From the IMG/VR virus record IMGVR_UViG_3300049137_000021, positions 1-42,339 of that record: a stretch of 42,339 nucleotides of DNA. One strand, given 5' to 3'. Position 1 is the stretch's first letter; every line of letters starts with the position of its first letter. The notes below the pieces were generated by a model. The model had not been told where the DNA came from. It saw only the letters and a program-made list of their open reading frames with translations, and made no database searches. Both the position numbers and the translations under genes were made by a program. This document shows positions 1-8,563 of the stretch, piece after piece. The stretch is from a virus (taxonomy: Duplodnaviria; Caudoviricetes).

Positions 1-118
1 CGCTAGGTGCGACGCCCGACCCCCGGCCCCCAGCGGGCACGGCCCTTGGAACTACTGGGCAAGCGGTCCTTCGCCCCGCCGAGAATGGGTCAGTTAACGA
101 CCCGTTAAGGGGGTGCTA

Positions 119-562
119 ATGAGCCGCGCGAAGTCCCCAGAGCTGCGGACCGGCAACGCCAACACGGCTGCCTCCGCTGAGCCTGCCCCCGTCGTCTACG
201 AGGGTCGAGCGCCCCGTGTGCCTACGCACCTGAAGGCGACCGGCAAGGACGTGTGGCGGAACGTGTGGGCAGCGGGCATGGGCGCCTACTCCCCCGAGAC
301 CGACCGGAACGTGATCCTGCGTTACTGCGAGCTTCACGACCGACGCGCCGATCTCCTCGCGCTGATCGAAGCCGACGGCTACATGTCCGAGGGGTACAAC
401 GGTCAGCCGGTCGCGCACCCCATGCTTCGCTTCGTCGAGTCCACGGAGAAGGAGCTTCGGGCCATTGAGACGACGATCGGCTTCACGCCGGAAGCTCGTC
501 TGAGGCTGGGTCTCGTGGCGGCTGAGGCGCGGAAGGTTGCGGCTGGGCCGGAAGACTTCTGA
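119..562 (+). CDS. terS: Terminase small subunit (P27-like)
   Basis: First gene, upstream of TerL; 'GQPVAHP...GFTPEARLRL' motif typical of P27-family small terminases; ATG at 119 after a G-rich RBS (track ORF starts at 113). Confidence 0.85.
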   Translation: MSRAKSPELRTGNANTAASAEPAPVVYEGRAPRVPTHLKATGKDVWRNVWAAGMGAYSPETDRNVILRYCELHDRRADLLALIEADGYMSEGYNGQPVAHPMLRFVESTEKELRAIETTIGFTPEARLRLGLVAAEARKVAAGPEDF

Positions 563-570
563 GCATGAAG

Positions 571-598
571 GAAGCCCCCAGGTTTCCCCGGGGGCTTT
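571..598. terminator. Hairpin terminator between convergent terS and the inserted gene
   Basis: GAAGCCCCCAGG-TTTC-CCCGGGGGCTTT; near-identical in reverse complement to hairpins at 18410 and 18705. Confidence 0.65.
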
Positions 599-612
599 GA
601 CTTCCGCTGTGC

Positions 613-849
613 TCAGACGAAGGTCGGCAGAACCCTTGTCACGCTGTAGCGCCATCCGAGCGAACCGATCGTCGACTTCGCAGACTTCTCGGCGCTGAGC
701 TTGTCGGTCTTGTACGAGTACCCGACGTGCTGCCACTCGCCGTCCTTGTGCGCCCACGTGGCGAACTGAGGCCGCTTGCCACCCTTCAGAACCGTGATGT
801 GCCCTTCGCCGTCCGGCGTGGCAACGATGTAGTTCTTGCGACCGGCCAT
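613..849 (-). CDS. Hypothetical protein (78 aa), moron-like insert between terS and terL
   Basis: MAGRKNYIVATPDGEG...; RBS AAGGGAG, extended -10 TGcTATGAT (890-898, minus strand) and an operator upstream. Confidence 0.7.
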   Translation of the reverse strand: MAGRKNYIVATPDGEGHITVLKGGKRPQFATWAHKDGEWQHVGYSYKTDKLSAEKSAKSTIGSLGWRYSVTRVLPTFV

Positions 850-899
850 TGTCTTACTCCCTTGTCTCCGCTGCGTCCTTACGTAAGGAATCATAGCAC

Positions 900-925
900 A
901 GTGACTACTCACGTGAGTAGTCACT
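900..925. promoter_or_regulatory. Repressor operator (CIR) copy 1
   Basis: Perfect 26-bp palindrome AGTGACTACTCACGTGAGTAGTCACT, core 905-920. Confidence 0.8.
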
Positions 926-943
926 TCTGTAGAATTCTCGGGG

Positions 944-2533
944 GTGCCTGTGGCGAAGCGTCTGCCCGCCGAAGGCATCGACCCCGTGATTGCCCGGCAC
1001 ATTCCCGCTGACGCGCCGTTCCCTTCCGAGGGTTACCGTGTGGCGAAGTGGATCGAAGAGTTCTGCTACCTCACTGGCTCGTTTGCCGGTCAGCCGTTCC
1101 GCCTTCTTCCGTGGCAGCGCGCGCTTCTCGTAGACGCGTACGAGCTGACGCAGGACACGTTCGGCCGGTGGCGCCGGAAGCACCGCACAGTGTGTGTCTG
1201 TGTGGCGCGCAAGAACGGGAAGTCGACGCTTGCCGCGGCGATCATGCTCTATCACTTGATTGCCGACCGGGGAGATTCACAGCGCCAGATCATCGCCGCT
1301 GCGAATGACAGGAACCAGGCCCGGATGGTCTTCGACTCGGCGAAGCAAATGGTTAACGCGAGCCCGAAGCTGTCGGCCGTGTGCACTGTGCAGCGCGACG
1401 TGATCCGGTACAAGGACAACACCTATCGGGTTGTGTCCGCGGATGCCGGTCGGCAACAGGGTTTGAACCCGGCGGCTGTGTCGCTCGACGAGTACGCGTT
1501 CAGCAAGAACAGCGACTTGTTCGACGCGCTAACGCTGGGTTCGGCGGCGCGTAACCAACCCATGTTCCTGATCATCTCGACGGCCGGTCCTGATCCGGAC
1601 GGTCCCTTTGCCGCGCTGTGCGAACAGGGCGAGCGGGTCAACTCCGGGGAAGCCGACGACCCCACGCTGTTCTATCGGTCCTGGGGGCCGAAGCTGGGTG
1701 AGACGGTCGACCACCTTGACCCGGAAGTGTGGGCGCGCTGTAACCCGTCGTACGAGATTCTGAACCCGGACGACTTCCGCGCTGCTGCCCAGCGGAGCAC
1801 TGAGGCGAGCTTCCGCATTTACCGGCTGAGCCAGTTCGTGCGGGGCGCGTCGACGTGGCTGCCGCACGGGTTGTGGGATTCGCTCGCTGAGGACGGCGAC
1901 CCGCTGTCCCCGGGTGACGAAGTCGTGTTGGGCTTCGACGGCTCATGGAAGGGCGACAGTACGGCGCTCGTGGCTTGCAGGATTCGAGACCTTCGCGTGT
2001 TCGTGGTCGGCCACTGGGAAGCTCCGGCCGATGACGTGCATTGGCGCGTACCCATGGCTGACGTCCGTGACGCGCTGCATGAAGCGCTGGACACGTTCCG
2101 GGTACGCAATCTCGTGGCAGACCCGTACCGGTGGGAAGAAACGCTCGACAATCTTGAGGCTGACGGCTTCCCGGTTGAAGCGTTCCCGACCAACTCACTC
2201 AAGCGCATGGTGCCTGCCACTCAGGCTGTGTACGACGCTGCGCGGGATGGGCGGCTGTCCCACGATGGCAACCCGGCGCTTGCCCGGCACGTCGGCAATG
2301 CGGTGCTGAAGGAAGACAAGAACGGCGCGCGAGTCACTAAGGAGTACGCGGCTTCGCGCCGGAAGATCGACCTAGCCATCGCCATGATTCTCGCCGTCTG
2401 GGGCGCCGTGATGTGGCGCGAGGACAACGGCATCCACACGAACACGGCGATTGTCGCCACGTGGGAAGACGCCGACGGTCAAGTCTTCAACGCCGGTATG
2501 CCCGGCACGGAAGACCTTCTGAACGACTTCTGA
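944..2533 (+). CDS. terL: Terminase large subunit
   Basis: Walker A 'VARKNGKST', Walker B 'VSLDEY', nuclease 'LGFDGS' and 'KIDLAIA'. Confidence 0.97.
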   Translation: MPVAKRLPAEGIDPVIARHIPADAPFPSEGYRVAKWIEEFCYLTGSFAGQPFRLLPWQRALLVDAYELTQDTFGRWRRKHRTVCVCVARKNGKSTLAAAIMLYHLIADRGDSQRQIIAAANDRNQARMVFDSAKQMVNASPKLSAVCTVQRDVIRYKDNTYRVVSADAGRQQGLNPAAVSLDEYAFSKNSDLFDALTLGSAARNQPMFLIISTAGPDPDGPFAALCEQGERVNSGEADDPTLFYRSWGPKLGETVDHLDPEVWARCNPSYEILNPDDFRAAAQRSTEASFRIYRLSQFVRGASTWLPHGLWDSLAEDGDPLSPGDEVVLGFDGSWKGDSTALVACRIRDLRVFVVGHWEAPADDVHWRVPMADVRDALHEALDTFRVRNLVADPYRWEETLDNLEADGFPVEAFPTNSLKRMVPATQAVYDAARDGRLSHDGNPALARHVGNAVLKEDKNGARVTKEYAASRRKIDLAIAMILAVWGAVMWREDNGIHTNTAIVATWEDADGQVFNAGMPGTEDLLNDF

Positions 2534-2540
2534 TTCCAGC

Positions 2541-2556
2541 CTACTCACGTGAGTGA
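2541..2556. promoter_or_regulatory. Repressor operator (CIR) copy 2
   Basis: CTACTCACGTGAGTGA between terL and portal. Confidence 0.7.
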
Positions 2557-2583
2557 GCTGAGCCATTTCCCGAAGGGGGCACC

Positions 2584-3942
2584 GTGGGTTTTTGGTCTGC
2601 ACTCTTCGGGCGGGGGACGTCCCCGGCACTGGACGAGCGCGCGTGGGAGCCGTACGACCCGACGCTTTACGCGCTGGGCATCACGGCGGCTTCCGGTGAG
2701 CGGGTCACGCCGCACGAAGCGCTTCAGGTATCGGCGGTCTTTGCGTCCGTGCGCCTTCTCAGCGAGACGATTGCCACGCTGCCGCTGACGACGTACAGCA
2801 AGCGGGGCGGGGCTCGTCGGGAGATCACGTCGCCTGAGTGGCTGGACTACCCGAACGCGGAGCCGGGCGGCATGGGTCGGATCGACATCCTGTCTCAGCT
2901 CGTGCTGTCGCTGCTGCTGCAAGGTAATGCCTTCCTTGCGGTGCGGTGGCAGGGTCCGAACATCGCCGGTCTCGATGTGCTCGACCCGACGAAGATTCAC
3001 GTGCACATGGTCATGGTGGATGGTCTTCGCCGGAAGGTCTTCGAAGCGTTCGACGTGGACGACGACGGCAACGAAGTTCTTCTTGGCTGGTTCACGCCGC
3101 GGGACGTCCTGCACATCCCCGGAATGATGCTGCCGGGTGAGTTCGTCGGGTGCTCGCCGATCACGTACGCGCGTGAGTCCATCGGGCTTGCGCTCGCTGC
3201 GCAGAAGTATGGAAGCAAGTTCTTCGCGAACGGGGCGATGCCCGGCGCTGTGGTCGAAGTGCCCGGCACCATGTCGGACGAAGGGCTTGCCCGCGCTCGT
3301 GAGGCGTGGCGAGTGGCGAATGCGGGTGTGGACAACGCGCACCGCGTGGCGCTGCTGACCGAAGGGGCGAAGTTCTCCAAGGTCGCCATGTCGCCGGACG
3401 AAGCTCAGTTCTTGCAGACCCGGCAATTTCAGGTTCCGGAGATTGCACGAATTTTCGGCGTGCCTCCGCACTTGATTTCTGACGCGACGAATTCCACGTC
3501 ATGGGGCTCCGGCCTCGCCGAACAGAACATTGCGTTCAGCATGTTCAGTCTTCGTCCGTGGCTCGAACGAATTGAGGCTGGCTTCAATCGGCTTCTGTTC
3601 GCCGAGACGGCCGACCGTATGAAGTTCGTCAAGTTCAACCTTGACGAAATCAAGCGCGGCGCCCCGAAGGAACGTATGGAGCTTTGGAGCCTGGGCCTTC
3701 AGAACGGCATTTACAGCATTGACGAAGTGCGCGCCGCTGAGGACATGCCGCCCCTGCCCGACGGCCTAGGCGAGTCCTACCGCGTGCCGCTGAACCTGGG
3801 CGAAGTCGGCGAAGAGCCGAAGGAAGAAGCCCCGTCCACTCCCCCAGCCATTGAGCCACCCAACCCGGCGGAAGAGCCGGAAGAGAAGCCGGACGAAGAG
3901 CCGGATGACGAAGGGCCAACTGAAGATGACGGAAACGCGTGA
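2584..3942 (+). CDS. Portal protein (HK97 family)
   Basis: 'VFASVRLLSETIATLPL', 'FFANGAMPG', 'EIARIFGVPPHLI'; follows terL. Confidence 0.95.
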   Translation: MGFWSALFGRGTSPALDERAWEPYDPTLYALGITAASGERVTPHEALQVSAVFASVRLLSETIATLPLTTYSKRGGARREITSPEWLDYPNAEPGGMGRIDILSQLVLSLLLQGNAFLAVRWQGPNIAGLDVLDPTKIHVHMVMVDGLRRKVFEAFDVDDDGNEVLLGWFTPRDVLHIPGMMLPGEFVGCSPITYARESIGLALAAQKYGSKFFANGAMPGAVVEVPGTMSDEGLARAREAWRVANAGVDNAHRVALLTEGAKFSKVAMSPDEAQFLQTRQFQVPEIARIFGVPPHLISDATNSTSWGSGLAEQNIAFSMFSLRPWLERIEAGFNRLLFAETADRMKFVKFNLDEIKRGAPKERMELWSLGLQNGIYSIDEVRAAEDMPPLPDGLGESYRVPLNLGEVGEEPKEEAPSTPPAIEPPNPAEEPEEKPDEEPDDEGPTEDDGNA

Positions 3943-4573
3943 ACTGCGCGTAGCCGTCGGAGCACTTGAAGAGCGCGCGTCTGATGACGGGCGCATTTCT
4001 ATGCGCGGGTACGCCTACCGGTTCAACGAACTGAGTCAGGATCTCGGCGGCTTCCGGGAACGCATTGTTCCTGGGGCGGGTGCTCCGTCGCTGCGACAGA
4101 ACGACGTGTACGCCACGTTCAATCACGACTCGTCGGCACTGCTGGGGCGCACGTCGTCCGGCACGCTGCGAGTCGGTGAGGACCGCGAGGGCGGTTGGTA
4201 CGAGATCGACCTTCCTAACACGACGGTCGGCCGGGATGTCGCGGAGCTTCTGAAGCGCGGCGACCTTCGCGGTAGCTCGTTCACCTTCCGCGTGCTTGAC
4301 GGCGGACAGCGGCGTGCGGATGACGACGACCCGGAGACGGGCCTTCCTGTCCGCGAGATTACGGCCATGGATGTGCGGGAGCTGGGACCGGTCACGAACC
4401 CGGCGTACCTCACTACTCAGGCTTCGCTTCGCTCCATTGAAGAAGCGCTGCACATTGGGGAGTTTGCGCCCCCGGCGGCTGAGCCCGAAGAGCGCGATTC
4501 CCAGTCGGCGAGCGACTCCGCCCCGACTTCTCACCCCGACGCGCGAGAGCTTATCCGCGCGCTTTTCAAGTAA
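3926..4573 (+). CDS. Prohead protease (HK97 family)
   Basis: 'GYAYRFNELSQDLGGFRERI', 'FNHD', 'GSSFTF', 'VTNPAY'; likely ATG at 3926. Confidence 0.93.
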   Translation: MTETRELRVAVGALEERASDDGRISMRGYAYRFNELSQDLGGFRERIVPGAGAPSLRQNDVYATFNHDSSALLGRTSSGTLRVGEDREGGWYEIDLPNTTVGRDVAELLKRGDLRGSSFTFRVLDGGQRRADDDDPETGLPVREITAMDVRELGPVTNPAYLTTQASLRSIEEALHIGEFAPPAAEPEERDSQSASDSAPTSHPDARELIRALFK

Positions 4574-4584
4574 GGGGGCCGCAC

Positions 4585-5757
4585 ATGGATGCGACCACGC
4601 TGAGCGCGAACTTCGAAGCGCGCGAGAAGGCTACCGCGGAGCTTCGTTTCCTCACGGACGAGTTCGCCGGTAAGGAGATGACGGCTGAGGCGCGGGAGAA
4701 GGAGGATCGTCTCCTTACCGCTGTCGCCGACTTCGACGGCCGGATCAAGCGCGGCATTGAAGCCATCAAGGCTACCGACGCTGTCACGTCCCTTCTGTCG
4801 GGCCTTCAGGGTTCCGGCTCCGGCGCCCAGCGTTCGGCCGACCACGACGACGACGCGACCCTTCGGGCGGGCAACCTTGGCGAGGCTCGTTCGTTCGAGT
4901 TCGCCCCGGAGAAGCGGAACGGCACGAAGGCCGGTAACCCCAACGTCCTGAGTCGGACGCTGTACGGTCAGCTTCTCGCACAGGCTGTCGAGCGTTCGGC
5001 GATCATGCGGGGCGGCGCCACCACGTTCACGACGTCTGACGCGAACCCGCTCGACTTCACGGTCGTCACGGGTCGCTCTTCGGCGTCCATCGTCAGCGAG
5101 ACGGCTGAGGTTCCGGAGTCCTACCCGTCGACGACTCAGCGCAGCATGGGCGGATTCAAGTACGGCTTCGCCTCTGTCGTCTCGTACGAGTTCGCCACGG
5201 ACCAGGTTCTCGACCTTGTCGGCTTCCTGGTCGGCGACGCTGGCCCGGCGATCGGTGACGCCATGGGCCGCCACTTCATCACGGGTACCGGCACGGGCCA
5301 GCCTCGCGGCATCCTGACCGACGCGTCTTCGGCTACGGCCACGTTCGGCGCCACGGCGGAGGACAACACGGTGTCGGACGCGCTGATCGATCTGTTCTAC
5401 GAGGTGCCGTCGGCGTACCGGGCCAACGCGAAGTACGTCGTCAACGATGCGCGTGCGGCGCAGATGCGCAAGCTGAAGGGCTCCGACGGTCAGTACCTGT
5501 GGCAGTCGGCGCTTACGGTCGGCGCCCCGGACACGTTCAACGGCAAGCCGGTCGAGTCGGACGACGGCATGCCCGCCGACAAGATCCTGTTCGCTGACCT
5601 CAGCAAGTACCGGGTTCGCTTCGCCGGGAGCCTCCGCGTTGACCGTTCCGTCGACGCGAAGTTCAGCACGGACCAGATCGTCTACCGCTTCCTTCAGCGC
5701 GCCGACGGCCTTCTGGTTGATGCCCGCGGCGCGAAGGTTCTGACGGTCGGCGCCTGA
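4585..5757 (+). CDS. Major capsid protein (HK97 fold)
   Basis: Follows protease; helical N-terminal delta-like segment, 'GTGTGQPRGIL', 'LKGSDGQYLWQ'. Confidence 0.95.
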   Translation: MDATTLSANFEAREKATAELRFLTDEFAGKEMTAEAREKEDRLLTAVADFDGRIKRGIEAIKATDAVTSLLSGLQGSGSGAQRSADHDDDATLRAGNLGEARSFEFAPEKRNGTKAGNPNVLSRTLYGQLLAQAVERSAIMRGGATTFTTSDANPLDFTVVTGRSSASIVSETAEVPESYPSTTQRSMGGFKYGFASVVSYEFATDQVLDLVGFLVGDAGPAIGDAMGRHFITGTGTGQPRGILTDASSATATFGATAEDNTVSDALIDLFYEVPSAYRANAKYVVNDARAAQMRKLKGSDGQYLWQSALTVGAPDTFNGKPVESDDGMPADKILFADLSKYRVRFAGSLRVDRSVDAKFSTDQIVYRFLQRADGLLVDARGAKVLTVGA

Positions 5758-5783
5758 GCCATGTAGCGGCGGGGCGTTCCAGC

Positions 5784-5799
5784 TTACTCACGTGAGTAG
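5784..5799. promoter_or_regulatory. Repressor operator (CIR) copy 3
   Basis: TTACTCACGTGAGTAG inside a longer inverted repeat (about 5771-5812) after the capsid gene. Confidence 0.75.
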
Positions 5800-5831
5800 G
5801 TTGGAGCGCCCCGCTTCGGAAGGGGGCACGC

Positions 5832-6200
5832 GTGGCCTACGCAACAATCGACGAGCTTCGCGCACTGGACGGGCTTGACGACGCGTCGCTTTTCCCGGAC
5901 GAGCTTCTCTCGGAAGGTATCGACTTCGCCGTCGAGACGGTCGAAATCTACTGCGGACAGAAGTGGGACACGGCGGAGAATCCCACGCCGGAAACGATCC
6001 GGTGGTGTGTGCGCACTCTCGCGCGGCAATACGTGCTCGACCATGTGTCGCGCATTCCGGATAGGGCGCTTCAGCTTCAGTCGGAATTCGGCTCGATTCA
6101 ACTTGCGCAGGCCGGGGGCAACTGGCGCCCGACGTCGCTGCCTGAAGTGAACGCGAAGCTGAACCTTTACCGCGCTCGCCTTCCGTTCATTTTCATGTGA
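5832..6200 (+). CDS. Head-tail adaptor/connector
   Basis: 'MAYATIDEL' N-terminus, size and position after capsid. Confidence 0.7.
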   Translation: MAYATIDELRALDGLDDASLFPDELLSEGIDFAVETVEIYCGQKWDTAENPTPETIRWCVRTLARQYVLDHVSRIPDRALQLQSEFGSIQLAQAGGNWRPTSLPEVNAKLNLYRARLPFIFM

Positions 6201-6210
6201 GGGGCGCAGC

Positions 6211-6648
6211 GTGGCATTGATCTTTGGCGCGAAGGTTGCGCTATTCGAGAAGTTGAAGGCAGCCGTGCCCGGCGGCGTTCAGTGCACCTTCGCTGAGACG
6301 GGCGACACAGCCCGCCGAAAGTCCGTGTGGCTGGGGGCGACGACGGACGACGATCTTGCCCCCGTGGCTATGCGCGCCGGAGCGAAGCCGACGAACGTAA
6401 CCGGCTACGTGGAAGCTCACGCGGTCGTCATCACGCCGGGCAATCCGATCGATGCTGAGCGCGCCGTGTACGAGATTCGCGAGTCCGTGAAGGCGGCGTG
6501 TGCGGCGCTGAACGGCGACCTTGCTTCGGTGCCGGGTCTGCTCGACGTCCGGCCGGAGTCGGCAAGTGTCGAGTCCACTGAGACAACTGACGGCGCCTAT
6601 TCGGCGCTAACTGTTCGCGTCCGTGTTCGTGGGCGCGTCTACCAATAG
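6211..6648 (+). CDS. Head-tail joining / tail completion protein
   Basis: 145 aa with RBS; synteny between adaptor and major tail. Confidence 0.55.
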   Translation: MALIFGAKVALFEKLKAAVPGGVQCTFAETGDTARRKSVWLGATTDDDLAPVAMRAGAKPTNVTGYVEAHAVVITPGNPIDAERAVYEIRESVKAACAALNGDLASVPGLLDVRPESASVESTETTDGAYSALTVRVRVRGRVYQ

Positions 6649-6662
6649 AAGGGGGCGCACGC

Positions 6663-7640
6663 ATGGCGCTTGACGCAAGCATTGGCATTGGCCGTGAGGA
6701 CACATACGGCACCCTGTCCGCGGTGGTCGAAGGCTACGAGGGGCAGGCCGACAGCTGGAAGACGACGCGTGAGTTCATTGAGTCTGTCGGCTTCCGCGCC
6801 GGTATGCAGACGGCTCGCGCTGACCGGCGGAACATCGTCAACATGGGCGGGGAAGGTGAGCTTGAGATCGACCTTCTCGACTCCGGCGCCGGTTCCCTTC
6901 TCAGCGCAGCGTTCGACAAGGTCACGGTTACCGATACGGGCGGCGTGAAGACGACTGTTCTTGAGACGTCGGACGTGTCGGAGGCTCCGTCGTTCTCGGC
7001 GCAGATGGTTCGCCCTGGGACCGACGGCACGAAGGCTGCCTACAAGCACCTGGGCTGTGTGGCCACTGAGTGGAGTCTGTCGGCCGAAGTTGAGGAAGCC
7101 GTCAAGCTCACGGTTACCTTCGACTTCCAGGACGTCACGCACACGACGAACCCGGCTCAGATCGTCGCGCCCACGTACCCGGCTGAGGCGTTCCCGTACG
7201 ACTGGACGCGCACCGCTGTGGAGTTGCGGCGTGGCGGCAGCGTGGTCGCCTTCGACGCTACGTCGCTGGAACTTACCGGCGAACTGGGTCTGAAGACCGA
7301 CCGGCGTTTCCTGCGCGCGAACGAGCTGAAGAAGAAGCCGGTTAGGAACGCTGTACCCACGTACGAAGGCACACTTGAGGGTGAGTTCAGCGCCGCTTCG
7401 CTGGGGCTGTATGACGCGTTCATTTCGGGCGAGGTTTGCTCGTTCAAGGTGACCTTCACGGGCGTCACGGCGGCTTCCTCGCTGACGATTGAGTGCCCGG
7501 CGATTCAGTTCACGGGCGAGTCTCCTGAGTCGGCCACGGACGAAGTCACCGTGCACAACCTGCCGTTCCGTGTGCTCGACCCCGGCACGGGCACGGCAGC
7601 GATCAGGGCAACGTACGTCGAGCCGGGCACTGAGGGCTAA
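6663..7640 (+). CDS. Major tail (tube) protein
   Basis: 325 aa, beta-rich, 'IGIGREDTYGT' N-terminus; upstream of chaperones and tape measure. Confidence 0.85.
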   Translation: MALDASIGIGREDTYGTLSAVVEGYEGQADSWKTTREFIESVGFRAGMQTARADRRNIVNMGGEGELEIDLLDSGAGSLLSAAFDKVTVTDTGGVKTTVLETSDVSEAPSFSAQMVRPGTDGTKAAYKHLGCVATEWSLSAEVEEAVKLTVTFDFQDVTHTTNPAQIVAPTYPAEAFPYDWTRTAVELRRGGSVVAFDATSLELTGELGLKTDRRFLRANELKKKPVRNAVPTYEGTLEGEFSAASLGLYDAFISGEVCSFKVTFTGVTAASSLTIECPAIQFTGESPESATDEVTVHNLPFRVLDPGTGTAAIRATYVEPGTEG

Positions 7641-8071
7641 TGGCGCAGCGTTCCGCCTACACGATCCGGGTTGATGGGCTTCGGGAGTTTCAGCGGAACG
7701 TTCGCACCCTGAGGGACAAGGAACTGAACAAAGCCGTTCGCGAAGCCAATAAGGCATCCGGCGAAGTCCTTGTCCCTCAGGCGAAACACGAAAGCCCCGA
7801 CGGTCACCGCGACTCGAAGTCGAACAAGAGGTACCGGCCCGGCAAGCTCGACAAGTCCATCAAGGTAACGGCATCCGCGAAGGGCGCCGTCATCAAGGCA
7901 GGCTCAGCGGCTCGCGTGCCCTATGCCGCCGCAATTCACTTCGGTTTCAAGCGCCGCAACATCAAGCCGAACAGGTTCCTGTTCCGGGCCATGGCGCGGA
8001 AGTCCACTGACGTAGCAGAGACGTACGAGCGCCGCATTACCGCCGTCGTCGCAAAGTATCTGGAGAGTTGA
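7640..8071 (+). CDS. HK97 gp10-like neck/minor tail protein
   Basis: Basic protein with 'GKLDKSI', 'VPYAAAIHFG', 'PNRFL'. Confidence 0.7.
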   Translation: MAQRSAYTIRVDGLREFQRNVRTLRDKELNKAVREANKASGEVLVPQAKHESPDGHRDSKSNKRYRPGKLDKSIKVTASAKGAVIKAGSAARVPYAAAIHFGFKRRNIKPNRFLFRAMARKSTDVAETYERRITAVVAKYLES

Positions 8072-8072
8072 T

Positions 8073-8354
8073 ATGCCCGCGAAGAAGCCTGAGTTTGTGC
8101 TGCCCGAAAACTTCACGCTTGACCTGAAGCTCGACTCCCTCACGATCGACGAGATCGACGCCATTGAGGAGATCACGGGCGCCCCGCTCGACTCGCTGAA
8201 CAAGGCCGGTACGCGTCGGGCTCCGATGCTCCGCGCCATGGCGTACGTCGTCATGAAGCGGAAGTTCCCGGAGATCACCCCTGAGGACGTCGGCGCGCTG
8301 AAGCTGAACCTGAAGGGCAAGGCGAAGCCGGACCCTACCGCGACCAACGCGTGA
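8073..8354 (+). CDS. Tail assembly chaperone
   Basis: Small ORF between tail tube and tape measure; RBS GGAG. Confidence 0.7.
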   Translation: MPAKKPEFVLPENFTLDLKLDSLTIDEIDAIEEITGAPLDSLNKAGTRRAPMLRAMAYVVMKRKFPEITPEDVGALKLNLKGKAKPDPTATNA

Positions 8355-8554
8355 TTGCGTGCGCACGTCTGATCGGCCACTTCAGGGGGCTCACATGGTC
8401 GGACGTGCGCGCGATGGAGCTGCGCGACTTTAACGCGTTGGTTGAACGGATGGCTGAGGACATTGAGGCGGAGAAGCGGGAAGCCCGCCGGTCTTCGCGT
8501 GGCAGGGGCGGTAGCGCCCAGGGTGGGGAACGGCGCACGCCGGTAATGACGTAA
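8351..8554 (+). CDS. Tail assembly chaperone, second ORF (possible frameshift extension)
   Basis: Overlaps the previous ORF in the -1 frame directly before tape measure. Confidence 0.55.
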   Translation: MIACARLIGHFRGLTWSDVRAMELRDFNALVERMAEDIEAEKREARRSSRGRGGSAQGGERRTPVMT

Positions 8555-8563
8555 GGGGGCGCC

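Noticed and set aside
1-60. cos site near the left end (C-rich CCCCGGCCCCCA at 21-32)
   Set aside because: Position between HNH and terS suits a cos region, but the cohesive end cannot be fixed without read-end data.
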